A program made the position numbers and the translations under genes. A stretch of DNA of 64,000 nt from Minisyncoccia bacterium (GTDB lineage Bacteria; Patescibacteriota; Minisyncoccia; UBA6257; 2-01-FULL-56-20). A model generated the notes under the pieces. It saw nothing but the letters and a program-made list of their open reading frames with translations, was not told the DNA's origin and searched no databases. Shown one piece after another: positions 8,358-17,680 of this stretch (the first letter of the stretch is position 1; the number at the start of each line of letters is the position of its first letter). The stretch spans positions 66,755-130,754 of the forward strand of contig JBEKRC010000002.1 in NCBI GenBank assembly GCA_049997875.1, given 5' to 3'.

Positions 8358-9320
8358 ATGAATATGCTACCATATACCCATAACGGTATGAAGCATTCTT
8401 TCCGAAAGTTTAGCCGTTTGTTTTTCATTGCCTTCGCATTCGCCGCAATATTGTTGCTGGGAAGCGCAGAAAGGAGCCTTGCGGCGTTCGGCATTTCGCC
8501 TCCCTTCATCAACGCTGACCACCTTGTGCCCGGCGTCACCTATTCGCAGACGGTCTACCTCGTGCAAGATCAGCCCGATCAAAATCTTGAAATCAGAGCG
8601 GCGTTAAGCGTGCCCGACCACATCAAGCCATGGATAAGTTTCGATACGGGAAATGATTTTATCATACCGCAGGGCACGCGCCAGTTCCCGGTACAGATCA
8701 CCATCACGGTACCGAAGGGGGAATCGCTCGGAAAGTACACGGGGAACGTGAGTTTCCAAAGCGTTCCAGGAAAAACGGGGCAAGTGACGATAGCCCTTGG
8801 GGTGAACGTATCCCTCAGCCTTACGGTTGGCAACGATATTTATGAAAAATATTCCGTCCCCCTGATCGCATTTCCGGATATTGAGGAAGGATGGAATCCG
8901 AAGGTGGCGGTGCGTTTTGAGAATGATGGCAACATACCCGAATCGTTTGACGCTGCGACGTTCGATCTTTACGATGAGTATGATGCTGTCCGCCTTGCGT
9001 TTGCGGAAAAGCAAAGCGGATTTCCAATAACACCGCCGTTCGTGACGAGCAATTACGTCATTGAATTCCCTACAAGCTTTCATTTGGGAGTAGGCGATTA
9101 CTGGGCAGTGGTGAATTTTTATAAAGATAACCAGGCGGTCGCCAGCCAGAAAACCGTGTTCCATGTCCTCCCTGCGGGATCGCTTTCGCCCACTGGATTG
9201 CTCCTCTCTTCTTTAAAAACCTACTGGTACTACTACCTCGTCGGCCTCATTGTACTTTTGCTCATCGGACGTCGGTTGTGGATATTCCGGCTGCGTAAAA
9301 AAAGAGCGGTGGTTGAGTAA
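8358..9320 (+). CDS. Secreted protein with N-terminal signal peptide and C-terminal TM anchor plus basic tail (Ig-like/beta-sandwich surface protein)
   Basis: FFIAFAFAAILLLGSAERSLAAFGISPP signal; C-terminus YWYYYLVGLIVLLLIGRRLWIFRLRKKR. Confidence 0.6.
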   Translation: MNMLPYTHNGMKHSFRKFSRLFFIAFAFAAILLLGSAERSLAAFGISPPFINADHLVPGVTYSQTVYLVQDQPDQNLEIRAALSVPDHIKPWISFDTGNDFIIPQGTRQFPVQITITVPKGESLGKYTGNVSFQSVPGKTGQVTIALGVNVSLSLTVGNDIYEKYSVPLIAFPDIEEGWNPKVAVRFENDGNIPESFDAATFDLYDEYDAVRLAFAEKQSGFPITPPFVTSNYVIEFPTSFHLGVGDYWAVVNFYKDNQAVASQKTVFHVLPAGSLSPTGLLLSSLKTYWYYYLVGLIVLLLIGRRLWIFRLRKKRAVVE

Positions 9321-9338
9321 TGCCATACCATCGCGATC

Positions 9339-10532
9339 ATGACGCCGCGCCGCGACTATTATATCCTTGCGATCGTCGGCGTATGTTTCATAATCCTACC
9401 CGCATCTGCGGCCGTGCTCCCAACCTCGGTGTCCGTCGTGATAGTAGTGGTGCCCAATGCGCCTTCTGATCTCACCGCCGTTTCAACTGCCCCGACCCAA
9501 GTGGCGCTTACGTGGACCGATAACTCCGGTAATGAGGATGGATTTAGCGTTGAACGCAAAACGGGAGCGGGTGGAACCTATGCGCAAATCGGAATAACGG
9601 GGACTGGCATAGCGACCTATGCGGATAACTCCGTAACTCCGGCAACCACCTATTTTTACCGCACAAGGGCCTTTGCCGGATCCAATTATTCCCCCTATAG
9701 CAATGAGGCGAGCGTGACTACCGCCTACGGTGTCAGCGGTAGTGGCGGGGGGGGAGGAGGCGGCGGCGGCGGTGGAGGGGGAGGATATTATTCTCCTCCG
9801 CCGGTATTTCAGACGTCAGCGATTTTTCGGGGAATAGCATATCCATTGAGCAGCATTAAGCTTCTTGAAAATGGACAGACGGTTGCCGTGACGCAATCGG
9901 GGCCTGACGCAAAGTTTGAAATTGACCTCTCAAACATCACTCCGGGAACCTACAATTTCGGTGTCTTGGCAAAGGATCCGCAAGGCGGCCACTCGATCGT
10001 TCAGACGTTCTCTGTCACCCTTACGTACGGCGCGTCGACCATCGTGAGCGGCATTTTTTTCCCACCTACCATCAGCGCGGATAAAGTACAGGTGAAGCGC
10101 GGCGACGTGCTTACGCTTCTGGGTTATACCGCGCCTACAGCGACTGTCGCCGTCGTTATTCATTCTGCGAATGAGATTATGAAAAACGTCACTTCCGCCG
10201 ACAGTGGGGCGTGGGTATACGCCGTGAATACCGATCCATTGGATTACGGCAATCACACGGCGCACGCTTGGGCGGCGGCGGGCGGCGCCGTGACCCCGGA
10301 CTCGGACATTCTTGCGTTTACGGTAGGCGATACTAATATTGCCGCGCCGCCGACGCAAACTTGCGCGTTCGTGGGGGATTTGAACGGGGATTGCAAGGTC
10401 AACCTCATTGATTTTTCGATTATGGCGTATTGGTATGGCAGGCCGAATCCGCCGGCAGGCGTTGACTTGAACCACGACGGGACCATCACTCTCGTTGACT
10501 TCAGTATTCTCATGTATTATTGGACCGGCTAA
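9339..10532 (+). CDS. Secreted FN3-domain protein with poly-Gly linker and C-terminal dockerin module
   Basis: FN3: PSDLTAVSTAPTQVALTWTDNSGNEDGFSVERK...TTYFYRTRAF; dockerin duplicated Ca-binding segments GDLNGDCKVNLIDFSIMAYWYG and VDLNHDGTITLVDFSILMYYW at the C-terminus. Confidence 0.8.
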   Translation: MTPRRDYYILAIVGVCFIILPASAAVLPTSVSVVIVVVPNAPSDLTAVSTAPTQVALTWTDNSGNEDGFSVERKTGAGGTYAQIGITGTGIATYADNSVTPATTYFYRTRAFAGSNYSPYSNEASVTTAYGVSGSGGGGGGGGGGGGGGYYSPPPVFQTSAIFRGIAYPLSSIKLLENGQTVAVTQSGPDAKFEIDLSNITPGTYNFGVLAKDPQGGHSIVQTFSVTLTYGASTIVSGIFFPPTISADKVQVKRGDVLTLLGYTAPTATVAVVIHSANEIMKNVTSADSGAWVYAVNTDPLDYGNHTAHAWAAAGGAVTPDSDILAFTVGDTNIAAPPTQTCAFVGDLNGDCKVNLIDFSIMAYWYGRPNPPAGVDLNHDGTITLVDFSILMYYWTG

Positions 10533-10533
10533 T

Positions 10534-11433
10534 ATGAAGCGATCTCTTTTCATCCTCGGATTCGTCGGTATGCTTTTTCTCCCTTGGCGGTCGTTTGCTT
10601 CGGTTATGACCGTGCGGCCATCTCCGGGGAATCCCTTGGCGATCATGGTCCACCTTAATACGGAAGGGGAAAATGTGAATGCCTTGGAAGCCCATTTCAC
10701 ATTTGATACCAATGCCTTTTCGGTGAGCAGCATAAGCGATGGCGGCTCCATCGTGAACCTTTGGGTAGAGACGCCAATCTTCTCAAACACTTCTGGTACC
10801 GTAGACTTTGCCGGCATCATTCCGGGAGGGGAAAGCACGGCGGACGGGACCATTATTACCATCATGATTGTTCCCAAAGAAGCCAACGCGACTACGAGCT
10901 TCACGCTCGTTTCGGCGCAGGCCCTTTTGAATGACGGACAAGGGACGCGGGCGTTGCTTTCCGTCATTAGTAATCCGTTCCCGCTGCTTACAGGAACCGC
11001 CGTATCGTCAACCATCGATACGCAAGCGCCGGACCCGTTCACGCCGGAGATCGGCCAAGAGCAAAATATTTTCAACGGGCAATATTTTTTGGCGTTCTCT
11101 ACGACCGATCAACGGTCGGGCATCGATCATTATGAAGTTCTTGAAATGCAAGCGGGCATGAAGATCGGGGCATCGTCCTCCTGGCAGGTTGCCGCTTCGC
11201 CGTACCTTTTGAAGGATCAGACGCTCTCAAGCGATATCTATGTTCGCGCCGTTGATAGGGCCGGAAATTTTCGAATAGCTGAAGTCCCGGCTGAGCATCC
11301 GGAATTGAAGGCCCGGGTCGCGCGGGGCGGCGCCGAAACACTCTTTGGGTCCATAGTGTTATTATTAGTCATAGGAATCATATTTTGGATTTGGAAATGG
11401 AGAAGAAAAAAACTATCGCGAGATTCCGGATAA
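10534..11433 (+). CDS. Cohesin-domain protein with Ig-like domain and C-terminal TM anchor (scaffoldin-like anchor protein 1)
   Basis: Signal peptide MKRSLFILGFVGMLFLPWRSFA; cohesin-like segment VMTVRPSPGNPLAIMVHLNTEGENVNALEAHFTFDTNAFSVSSISDGGSIVNLW...DGTIITIMIVPKEANATTSFTLVSAQALLNDGQGT; SGIDHYE...RAVDRAGNF Ig-like motif; C-terminal TM IVLLLVIGIIFWIWKWRRKK. Confidence 0.75.
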   Translation: MKRSLFILGFVGMLFLPWRSFASVMTVRPSPGNPLAIMVHLNTEGENVNALEAHFTFDTNAFSVSSISDGGSIVNLWVETPIFSNTSGTVDFAGIIPGGESTADGTIITIMIVPKEANATTSFTLVSAQALLNDGQGTRALLSVISNPFPLLTGTAVSSTIDTQAPDPFTPEIGQEQNIFNGQYFLAFSTTDQRSGIDHYEVLEMQAGMKIGASSSWQVAASPYLLKDQTLSSDIYVRAVDRAGNFRIAEVPAEHPELKARVARGGAETLFGSIVLLLVIGIIFWIWKWRRKKLSRDSG

Positions 11434-12839
11434 TCGTGAGCGCGCTTGCGGCGCTTGCAGGGCTTTTTGGCGCCCGAAACGCACATGCCGCAACGCTTTT
11501 CTTTTCGCCGCAATCGGGAACATATTTTACGGGACGCAGTTTTACCGTTGCCGTCAAGGTTTCCTCGCCCGACCAGGCGATGAGTGCCGCGCAAGGTGAA
11601 ATTTCCTTTCCGACAAAAAATCTTGCGGTACTTTCGGTATCAAAGACAGATTCCATTATGAATCTTTGGGTCCAGGACCCTACGTTCTCAAATCATGACG
11701 GCGTAATTAATTTCGGAGGCGTGGCGGTGAACCCCGGTTTCAAGGGAACCGATGGGACGATCTTCACGGTGACTTTTGAGGCGGAAAGTCCTGGTAGCGC
11801 CCCGTTATCATTTATCTCGGGGTCAGTTCTTGCGAACGACGGGAAAGGAACCAATATTTTGAGCGGCATGCAGAGCGCAAATTTCAGCGTCATTCCTCTT
11901 GCCGCCATGCCCGCGAATGCTTCAGCGCCGGCCGTTCTCATCATCTCCAATCCGCCCCTTGCCGACGGGAATTGGTATAACCTTGATCACATTACGTTCG
12001 ACTGGAGCGTTCCCTCGAATGCCGAAGGGGTCGATTATACGATATCGACCAATGCCAACTTCCAACTTCCCGATGTAAATCTGGGTTTTGTTTCACAGGT
12101 GACCTATGATCTCTCGAATTTTTCAGATGGTACGTGGTATTTCTTTGTAAGTTTCAAAAGCGGCAATTCCTGGTCGCCGCCAGCCGTGAAAATAATCATG
12201 CTTGACCGGACGCCGCCTCGCCCGTTCGTCATTACGCGCGAGGATACGGACGAAACGGACGCGCAGCCCGTTTTCCAATGGGTAGCGGCCGACGACGTGT
12301 CTGGCATTGATCATTATGAAGCTAGGATCGGCAATGGCGATTGGTTCAACCCCGCCAGCCTCGAAAGCACTGCCGCTTCTTACGTTTTGCCGCCGCAGTC
12401 GCCGACCGACGTGCGGACGTTCACCGTCCGCGCGTTTGATAGGGCAGGGAATTTCACTGACTCCTCAATTGACTTCCGCGTGTTTCCTCCGGCCGTGCTT
12501 TGTAAGGGTGATGGTCTCTCATGCAGGCTTTTGGCGCTCGCCGTGCGATGGGAATGGCTGATCATTCTCATCTTTATTCTTCTTGTTTTCGGCACGTATG
12601 GATTTATTTATCGTCTCCTGCGGTGGAGGAAGCAATCAAGGAAAGAGTTACAAGAATTCAAAGATGAATTGCAGCGCGATCTGAAGCGGGTAGAAGAAAA
12701 GGCCCGAGAGGCCGGCGGCGGCGAGACCGATCTCAGGCAATCCCATCTTCTGGAAGAGAAGCGTTCGCTCGAAAGGCAAATTCGCCACATTGTGGAGGAC
12801 GTGAAGGAAGAACTCAAGCGCCTTACGGACAAAAAATGA
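11397..12839 (+). CDS. Cohesin-domain protein 2 with two Ig-like domains, TM helix and cytoplasmic coiled-coil tail (scaffoldin-like anchor protein 2)
   Basis: Signal peptide; cohesin-like ATLFFSPQSGTYFTGRSFTVAVKVSSPDQAMSAAQGEISFPTKNLAVLSVSKTDSIMNLWV...DGTIFTVTFEAESPGSAPLSFISGSVLANDGKGT; SGIDHYEARI...RAFDRAGNF; TM WLIILIFILLVFGTYGFIY then KQSRKELQEFKDELQRDLKRVEEK. Confidence 0.75.
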   Translation: MEKKKTIARFRIIVSALAALAGLFGARNAHAATLFFSPQSGTYFTGRSFTVAVKVSSPDQAMSAAQGEISFPTKNLAVLSVSKTDSIMNLWVQDPTFSNHDGVINFGGVAVNPGFKGTDGTIFTVTFEAESPGSAPLSFISGSVLANDGKGTNILSGMQSANFSVIPLAAMPANASAPAVLIISNPPLADGNWYNLDHITFDWSVPSNAEGVDYTISTNANFQLPDVNLGFVSQVTYDLSNFSDGTWYFFVSFKSGNSWSPPAVKIIMLDRTPPRPFVITREDTDETDAQPVFQWVAADDVSGIDHYEARIGNGDWFNPASLESTAASYVLPPQSPTDVRTFTVRAFDRAGNFTDSSIDFRVFPPAVLCKGDGLSCRLLALAVRWEWLIILIFILLVFGTYGFIYRLLRWRKQSRKELQEFKDELQRDLKRVEEKAREAGGGETDLRQSHLLEEKRSLERQIRHIVEDVKEELKRLTDKK

Positions 12840-12861
12840 GCCGTCAGGTATAATAATACGT

Positions 12862-13356
12862 ATGGCATTCATTTCGACGACTTTCCTTATTACGGTTGCG
12901 CTGTCGGTGATTGCCCTTCTGCTCGTGTTCATTACCTATGAGCTTTGGAAAAATAATCGTCTCAATGCGAAAAGGATAGATAGCGCGATGAAAGAAGGAC
13001 CGGGTGGCCCGATCGATCTTCGTAAGAAAGAGCTCGGCGTGCTTGATAGCAAGGGAACATATTCTTACGATTCCGTCGTAATGGACGAGGTCTTGGGGGG
13101 AAAGATCATTGAAGGGTTGAAGGAGGCGCTCCGTATAACCGAGGGAACGTATAAAAAGCTTTCCGAAAAATTCAAAGACGATCGCGAAAAGCGCATAGAG
13201 CTTGCGAACGACTGGCTAAATTATTTGGAAGCGCTGGACAACATCAAACAATCCCGGATCGATTACCGCATGAGCAGCAGCGAGATAGAGGGGGAAAGCG
13301 AAAGAATTAAGCTCGAGGTAGAGAATAAATTCAAGAACCTGCTTGAAGCGCCCTAG
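12862..13356 (+). CDS. Membrane-anchored hypothetical protein (164 aa)
   Basis: N-terminal TM FLITVALSVIALLLVFITY, charged helical remainder. Confidence 0.5.
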   Translation: MAFISTTFLITVALSVIALLLVFITYELWKNNRLNAKRIDSAMKEGPGGPIDLRKKELGVLDSKGTYSYDSVVMDEVLGGKIIEGLKEALRITEGTYKKLSEKFKDDREKRIELANDWLNYLEALDNIKQSRIDYRMSSSEIEGESERIKLEVENKFKNLLEAP

Positions 13357-14197
13357 CTCGCTCGCCTTCGTTCTGGATTTTCGCAAGCACGAGATGCGTT
13401 CCGGACAGTTTTGCTTCAAGCAGTTTTGTCCGTTTGGCGTTCTTCATCGTCCAGCACCCTGGCTCGGGATTAAGCGCGCGGATTTTCCGTATGATTATTT
13501 CGGCTTGCTCCGCGTCGCCCGCGAGCGCTTTATCGAGATTTGCTCCGTCCACAAAGCCATCCTGCGTTGTGAATTTTTTAGTGTAGGTCGCTTGCGCCTC
13601 GTCCTGCGCATGCGGTTTCAATTTTCCCGCCATAAGGCCTGGCAGCGTTTCGAGAAGAAGTTCCGCGGAGCGCTGCGCCAATCGCTCCTCAAGTTCCGGA
13701 TAGTTTATTTCCAAACTATCTATAGGTATCTTTGCACTTGCAAGAACCGACCCGCGGTCCATCTTCTCGTCCATTTGGTAAATCGTGACGCCGGTTTCGC
13801 GCTCGCCGTTCAAAATGGCCGACTGGATGGGGGTGGCGCCGCGGTATTTGGGCAGGAGCGAGGGATGGACGCCGATCGTGCCAAGACGGGGAAGGTCAAG
13901 CACGGATTTTGGAATGATCTTCGCGTAAGCCGCGACCACAAAACAATCTGCGCCCAACGCCGTGAGTTCCCTGATAGAATATTCATCCAGGTTTTCGGGC
14001 TGGAAAATTTTTATGCGGGGAGCTTCCGCGCCGCGCGAGAGCACAAGCCGCTTTGTCAGCGGGGGAGTGACGATCTTTTTCCGTCCGGTCGGCCGGTCAG
14101 GATTGCATACGAGGGCCGCGGGCGGCATGTCCGCGCGGAGGAGGCGCTCAAGAATGATTTCCGCAAAGCGCGGCGTTCCGAAGAAAATGTATTTCAT
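13331..14197 (-). CDS. fmt: Methionyl-tRNA formyltransferase
   Basis: MKYIFFGTPRFAEIILERLL...GTIGVHPSLLPKYRGATPIQSAILNGERETGVTIYQMDEKMDRG. Confidence 0.9.
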   Translation of the reverse strand: MKYIFFGTPRFAEIILERLLRADMPPAALVCNPDRPTGRKKIVTPPLTKRLVLSRGAEAPRIKIFQPENLDEYSIRELTALGADCFVVAAYAKIIPKSVLDLPRLGTIGVHPSLLPKYRGATPIQSAILNGERETGVTIYQMDEKMDRGSVLASAKIPIDSLEINYPELEERLAQRSAELLLETLPGLMAGKLKPHAQDEAQATYTKKFTTQDGFVDGANLDKALAGDAEQAEIIIRKIRALNPEPGCWTMKNAKRTKLLEAKLSGTHLVLAKIQNEGERARALQAGS

Positions 14198-14212
14198 CGG
14201 ATGCCGGAGGCG

Positions 14213-14728
14213 TTAACCATTGGCGCCTTTTTTCTCCACATGCGCATGGCGGAGCTTCTTTGTCCGGTCAACGAAAAGTTTTCCGTTCAGATGGTCCACC
14301 TCGTGCTGGAACACTCGCGCGAGGAGCCCCCACGCTTTCACTTTTGTGGGCTTCCCGTTCTTATCAAAACCGCTCACCACGATCCTCGCTGGGCGCGTGA
14401 CGTCGCCCCAGACGCCGGGCACGCTCAAACATCCTTCCTCGTATGGCACGGTTTCCTCGCTTGCCTTTTCAATCTTCGGATTGAACACGGCGTAAAATTT
14501 CATTCCGCCCTGCGCATCCGGAACTTCGGCGACGAACATCCGGTAGGGCAGGCCGATCTGGTTCGCGGAAAGACCGATGCCGTTCGCCGCTTTCATGACG
14601 CGCCGCATTGCGGCGACGAGTTCGTTCACTTCTTTCCTCGTAAATTTCTTGAAATCAAAATCAACCGCTTTTTTGCGCAGGAATTTTTCATTGCTTTTAC
14701 TGCCTATTGCAACGATTTCATCTGCCAT
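14213..14728 (-). CDS. def: Peptide deformylase
   Basis: GIGLSANQIG, EGCLSVPG, QHEVDHLNG motifs. Confidence 0.95.
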   Translation of the reverse strand: MADEIVAIGSKSNEKFLRKKAVDFDFKKFTRKEVNELVAAMRRVMKAANGIGLSANQIGLPYRMFVAEVPDAQGGMKFYAVFNPKIEKASEETVPYEEGCLSVPGVWGDVTRPARIVVSGFDKNGKPTKVKAWGLLARVFQHEVDHLNGKLFVDRTKKLRHAHVEKKGANG

Positions 14729-14990
14729 GGCGGGAATTTCCCTTAAGGAGCGCCATGAAGTACGCTCCCCGGTTTTTCACGTTTCTTTTTTCCGCGACTT
14801 CTTTCGCAAGCGTGAGGAGGCGTTCGCCGTCCCTTTCTTTCGCGAGCTTGATGTAGAGCGATTTGTGCCCCTCGTCTTTCAAGGTTTGCGCGATCAAAAG
14901 CCCCAGAAGCTGGTGCTTCCGATACACGTGCGACGTGGCAGCTCTCCGCGTTAATTCCTTTATATATGACGATTGCGATTTGGAACCCAT
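14718..14990 (-). CDS. Small hypothetical protein (90 aa) upstream of def
   Basis: Balanced composition, 11-nt overlap with def start; no family recognised. Confidence 0.35.
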   Translation of the reverse strand: MGSKSQSSYIKELTRRAATSHVYRKHQLLGLLIAQTLKDEGHKSLYIKLAKERDGERLLTLAKEVAEKRNVKNRGAYFMALLKGNSRHGR

Positions 14991-15019
14991 TTCATTCCAT
15001 TTTAATGTATCCTGTAATT

Positions 15020-15604
15020 ATGCGCCACCGGCTTTTCATTGCCGTAAATATCACCGACGCTGCGCGGCGAGAGGTAAGAAAACTATCCGAAGAGGCGGAG
15101 AAGAAATTCGCGCCCGACCTTCTTCGCCAGATCCGGCTTGTACCGTCTGCGAACTGGCATCTCACCATGTCATTTTTGGGCTACGAGGACGACGCCGAAT
15201 TCCCCAAAATCATGCGCGCCGCGGGAGCCGCCGCAAAGCGATTTCCGGCACAGGAAATTATCTTTGATACCGTAACGTACGGCCCGCCGCGCGGGAGCGC
15301 AAAGAGGATGTTGTGGCTCGGCGCGGCAGAGGAGAGCTCACAAAAACTTTCCACCATAAAGGAGTTTCTTGAAGACCGGTTGGTCGCGGAACAGGTGCCG
15401 TTTATGAGGGAAACGAGACCGTTCGGCGGCCACATCACTCTCGCGCGATTTAACGGCGAGATGCGTGGCGCAACGCTCCCGCCCCTAGGGCGTTCACCCC
15501 GCATTTGCGTTCCCGTGGAAAGCTTGGACCTTATGGAATCCACGCTTCGCCGCGAGGGCGCCGAATATGCCATCCTCCAGAAATTTCCGTTTTCAAAAAT
15601 GTGA
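15020..15604 (+). CDS. thpR: RNA 2',3'-cyclic phosphodiesterase / 2'-5' RNA ligase (2H phosphoesterase)
   Basis: Two H-x-T-x motifs: NWHLTMSFLG and GGHITLARF; start at MRHRLFIAVNI. Confidence 0.8.
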   Translation: MRHRLFIAVNITDAARREVRKLSEEAEKKFAPDLLRQIRLVPSANWHLTMSFLGYEDDAEFPKIMRAAGAAAKRFPAQEIIFDTVTYGPPRGSAKRMLWLGAAEESSQKLSTIKEFLEDRLVAEQVPFMRETRPFGGHITLARFNGEMRGATLPPLGRSPRICVPVESLDLMESTLRREGAEYAILQKFPFSKM

Positions 15605-15620
15605 TATAATCCAGGGTACT

Positions 15621-16874
15621 ATGCGTGTCATCGGTAAAAAAGCATTGGAAATAGGGATTACCGTCATCGTAGGCCTTGCGCTCCTTGGGAGCGGTTTTTT
15701 CCTCGGCTGGAGTGCGGAGAAAAGAATTCCGCAGCCGGCCGTCGTCACGACCGGCGCGAGCGATCTCACGCCGCCGTCATCCACGGGCATGAGCGCTGCC
15801 GACTTCAGCTTGTTCTGGCAGGCGTGGCAGACCATCAATGATAATTATCTTCGGAACGGGAGCACAACCAACGAGGACAAACTGTACGGCGCGGTGAACG
15901 GTCTCGTGAATTCGCTGAACGATCCATATTCGGAATTTTTCACGCCGCAAAGCAACCAGCAGTTCCAGGAGAACATCACGGGCGACTTTGGGGGCATCGG
16001 CGCGCAGCTCGGCACGGACACAGACGGCCACATCGTGGTGGTGGCGCCGCTCAAGGGCACGCCGGCGGAGAAGGCGGGGCTGAAACCGAAGGATTGGATC
16101 GTCGCAGTTGACGCGACGTCCACGAGCGGCATGACGGTGGATGATGCCGTGAACTTGATCCGCGGGCCGGAAGGAACCACCGTCACCTTAAGCATATTGC
16201 GGGCGGACTGGAGCGCGCCGAAAGATTTCAAGATAACGCGGACGAACATTCAGGTTCCGAACGTGGAATTTGAAATGAAAGGCAATATCGCTCACGTCAC
16301 GTTGAGCGAGTTCACCGAGGACGCCGACTTCCTTTTTTACCAAGCGCTTGTTGAAGCGCTCGCCAAGAACGCAAAGGGGATCGTACTTGATCTCCGCGAC
16401 GATCCTGGCGGGTATCTTGAGGTCGCGGTTGACATCGCGGGATATTTCCTGAAGCCCGGTTCGCTCGTGGTGAAAGAAGTGGGCCGCGCGGTGCCGGAGC
16501 AGGATTACACGGCGCAGGGCGACGGCACGCTCTCAAATTTCCCGATCGCCGTGCTTATCAATGACGGTTCGGCGTCCGCGGCGGAGATCCTTGCAGGCGC
16601 GCTTCACGACGACCGGCATGTGCCGCTCGTGGGAGAAACGAGCTTCGGGAAGGGAACCGTACAGGAACTTGAGCCGCTCCCCGACGGTTCCGCGATCAAG
16701 CTCACGGTGGCCCATTGGGTGCTGCCTTCGGGAAAGATCATTGACCACGAGGGCATCGCGCCGGATTACGCCGTAGCGCGTTCCGACGACGATATCGCGA
16801 ACGGCCGCGATCCCCAGCTTGATAAAGCCGTGCAGATACTCCAGGCAGAGACCGCAAATCAAAATCCCCAATGA
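15621..16874 (+). CDS. Carboxyl-terminal processing protease (S41, PDZ domain)
   Basis: [30 protein letters not shown], catalytic [20 protein letters not shown]. Confidence 0.85.
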   Translation: MRVIGKKALEIGITVIVGLALLGSGFFLGWSAEKRIPQPAVVTTGASDLTPPSSTGMSAADFSLFWQAWQTINDNYLRNGSTTNEDKLYGAVNGLVNSLNDPYSEFFTPQSNQQFQENITGDFGGIGAQLGTDTDGHIVVVAPLKGTPAEKAGLKPKDWIVAVDATSTSGMTVDDAVNLIRGPEGTTVTLSILRADWSAPKDFKITRTNIQVPNVEFEMKGNIAHVTLSEFTEDADFLFYQALVEALAKNAKGIVLDLRDDPGGYLEVAVDIAGYFLKPGSLVVKEVGRAVPEQDYTAQGDGTLSNFPIAVLINDGSASAAEILAGALHDDRHVPLVGETSFGKGTVQELEPLPDGSAIKLTVAHWVLPSGKIIDHEGIAPDYAVARSDDDIANGRDPQLDKAVQILQAETANQNPQ

Positions 16875-17323
16875 AGGTTATTCTTTTGGAAGATATTCGT
16901 AACGTTGGCAAGAAGTATGAAGTGAAAGAAGTGAGCGGCGGCTACGCCAGGAATTTTCTTTTCGTGAACAAGCTTGCGGAGCCCGCCACGCCCGCCGCGC
17001 TCAAAAAACTTGAGGCGCAAAAGGCGGAGCATGAGAAAGATGACCGCGAACTCCGCGCGCATCGTGCGGAAATCGCGCGGAAGATCGCGGATACGAAATT
17101 GGAATTTGAACTTGCCGCCGACAAATCCGGCGCCATCTTCGGCTCTGTCAACAAAGAGTCCATCCTCAAGGCGCTCCGCGAACACGGGCTGATCGGGAAG
17201 GAGCGCGTGGACATTAATCTCGCGCACCCTCTCAAAGAAGCAGGGGAATATGCGATCACGATTGATTTCAAAAAAGGCATCACGGCGGACATGACAATAG
17301 TGGTAAAAAAGGCCGCGCGCTAA
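16871..17323 (+). CDS. rplI: 50S ribosomal protein L9
   Basis: [30 protein letters not shown]...; overlaps Ctp stop (coupling). Confidence 0.9.
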   Translation: MKVILLEDIRNVGKKYEVKEVSGGYARNFLFVNKLAEPATPAALKKLEAQKAEHEKDDRELRAHRAEIARKIADTKLEFELAADKSGAIFGSVNKESILKALREHGLIGKERVDINLAHPLKEAGEYAITIDFKKGITADMTIVVKKAAR

Positions 17324-17365
17324 GCGGGCTTTGCGCTGCGGCACGTTACCGAGCGTTACGGTACG

Positions 17366-17638
17366 TTACTGCACCGCGACGAATGTCGCTTTTTTCCGCG
17401 AGCCGTCAAAGTTCGTTTTCGTCTTTGTAAAGAATTTCACGATGCCGTTCTTTACGGCATAGAGCGTGTCGTCCCCCGCGCGAAGGACGTTCGCGCCTGG
17501 CACGTACTTTGTGCCGCGCTGACGGACAATAATCTGCCCGACTGCTGCTTTTTGGCCGTTCGCGATCTTCACGCCGAGCCGCTTCGCGACGGAATCGCGG
17601 CCCAATTTGGTTGAACCGAGGGCTTTTGTATGCGCCAT
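17366..17638 (-). CDS. rpmA: 50S ribosomal protein L27
   Basis: [51 protein letters not shown]. Confidence 0.95.
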   Translation of the reverse strand: MAHTKALGSTKLGRDSVAKRLGVKIANGQKAAVGQIIVRQRGTKYVPGANVLRAGDDTLYAVKNGIVKFFTKTKTNFDGSRKKATFVAVQ

Positions 17639-17680
17639 AGTGGTTTTTATTTTATGTTAGAATGAAGGCGAAGTCAAATC

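Noticed and set aside
9930-11075. 381-aa minus-strand ORF
   Set aside because: Antisense to the dockerin and cohesin genes, which have recognisable domains; no start context
13343-14746. 467-aa plus-strand ORF
   Set aside because: Antisense to fmt and def, both confidently identified on the minus strand
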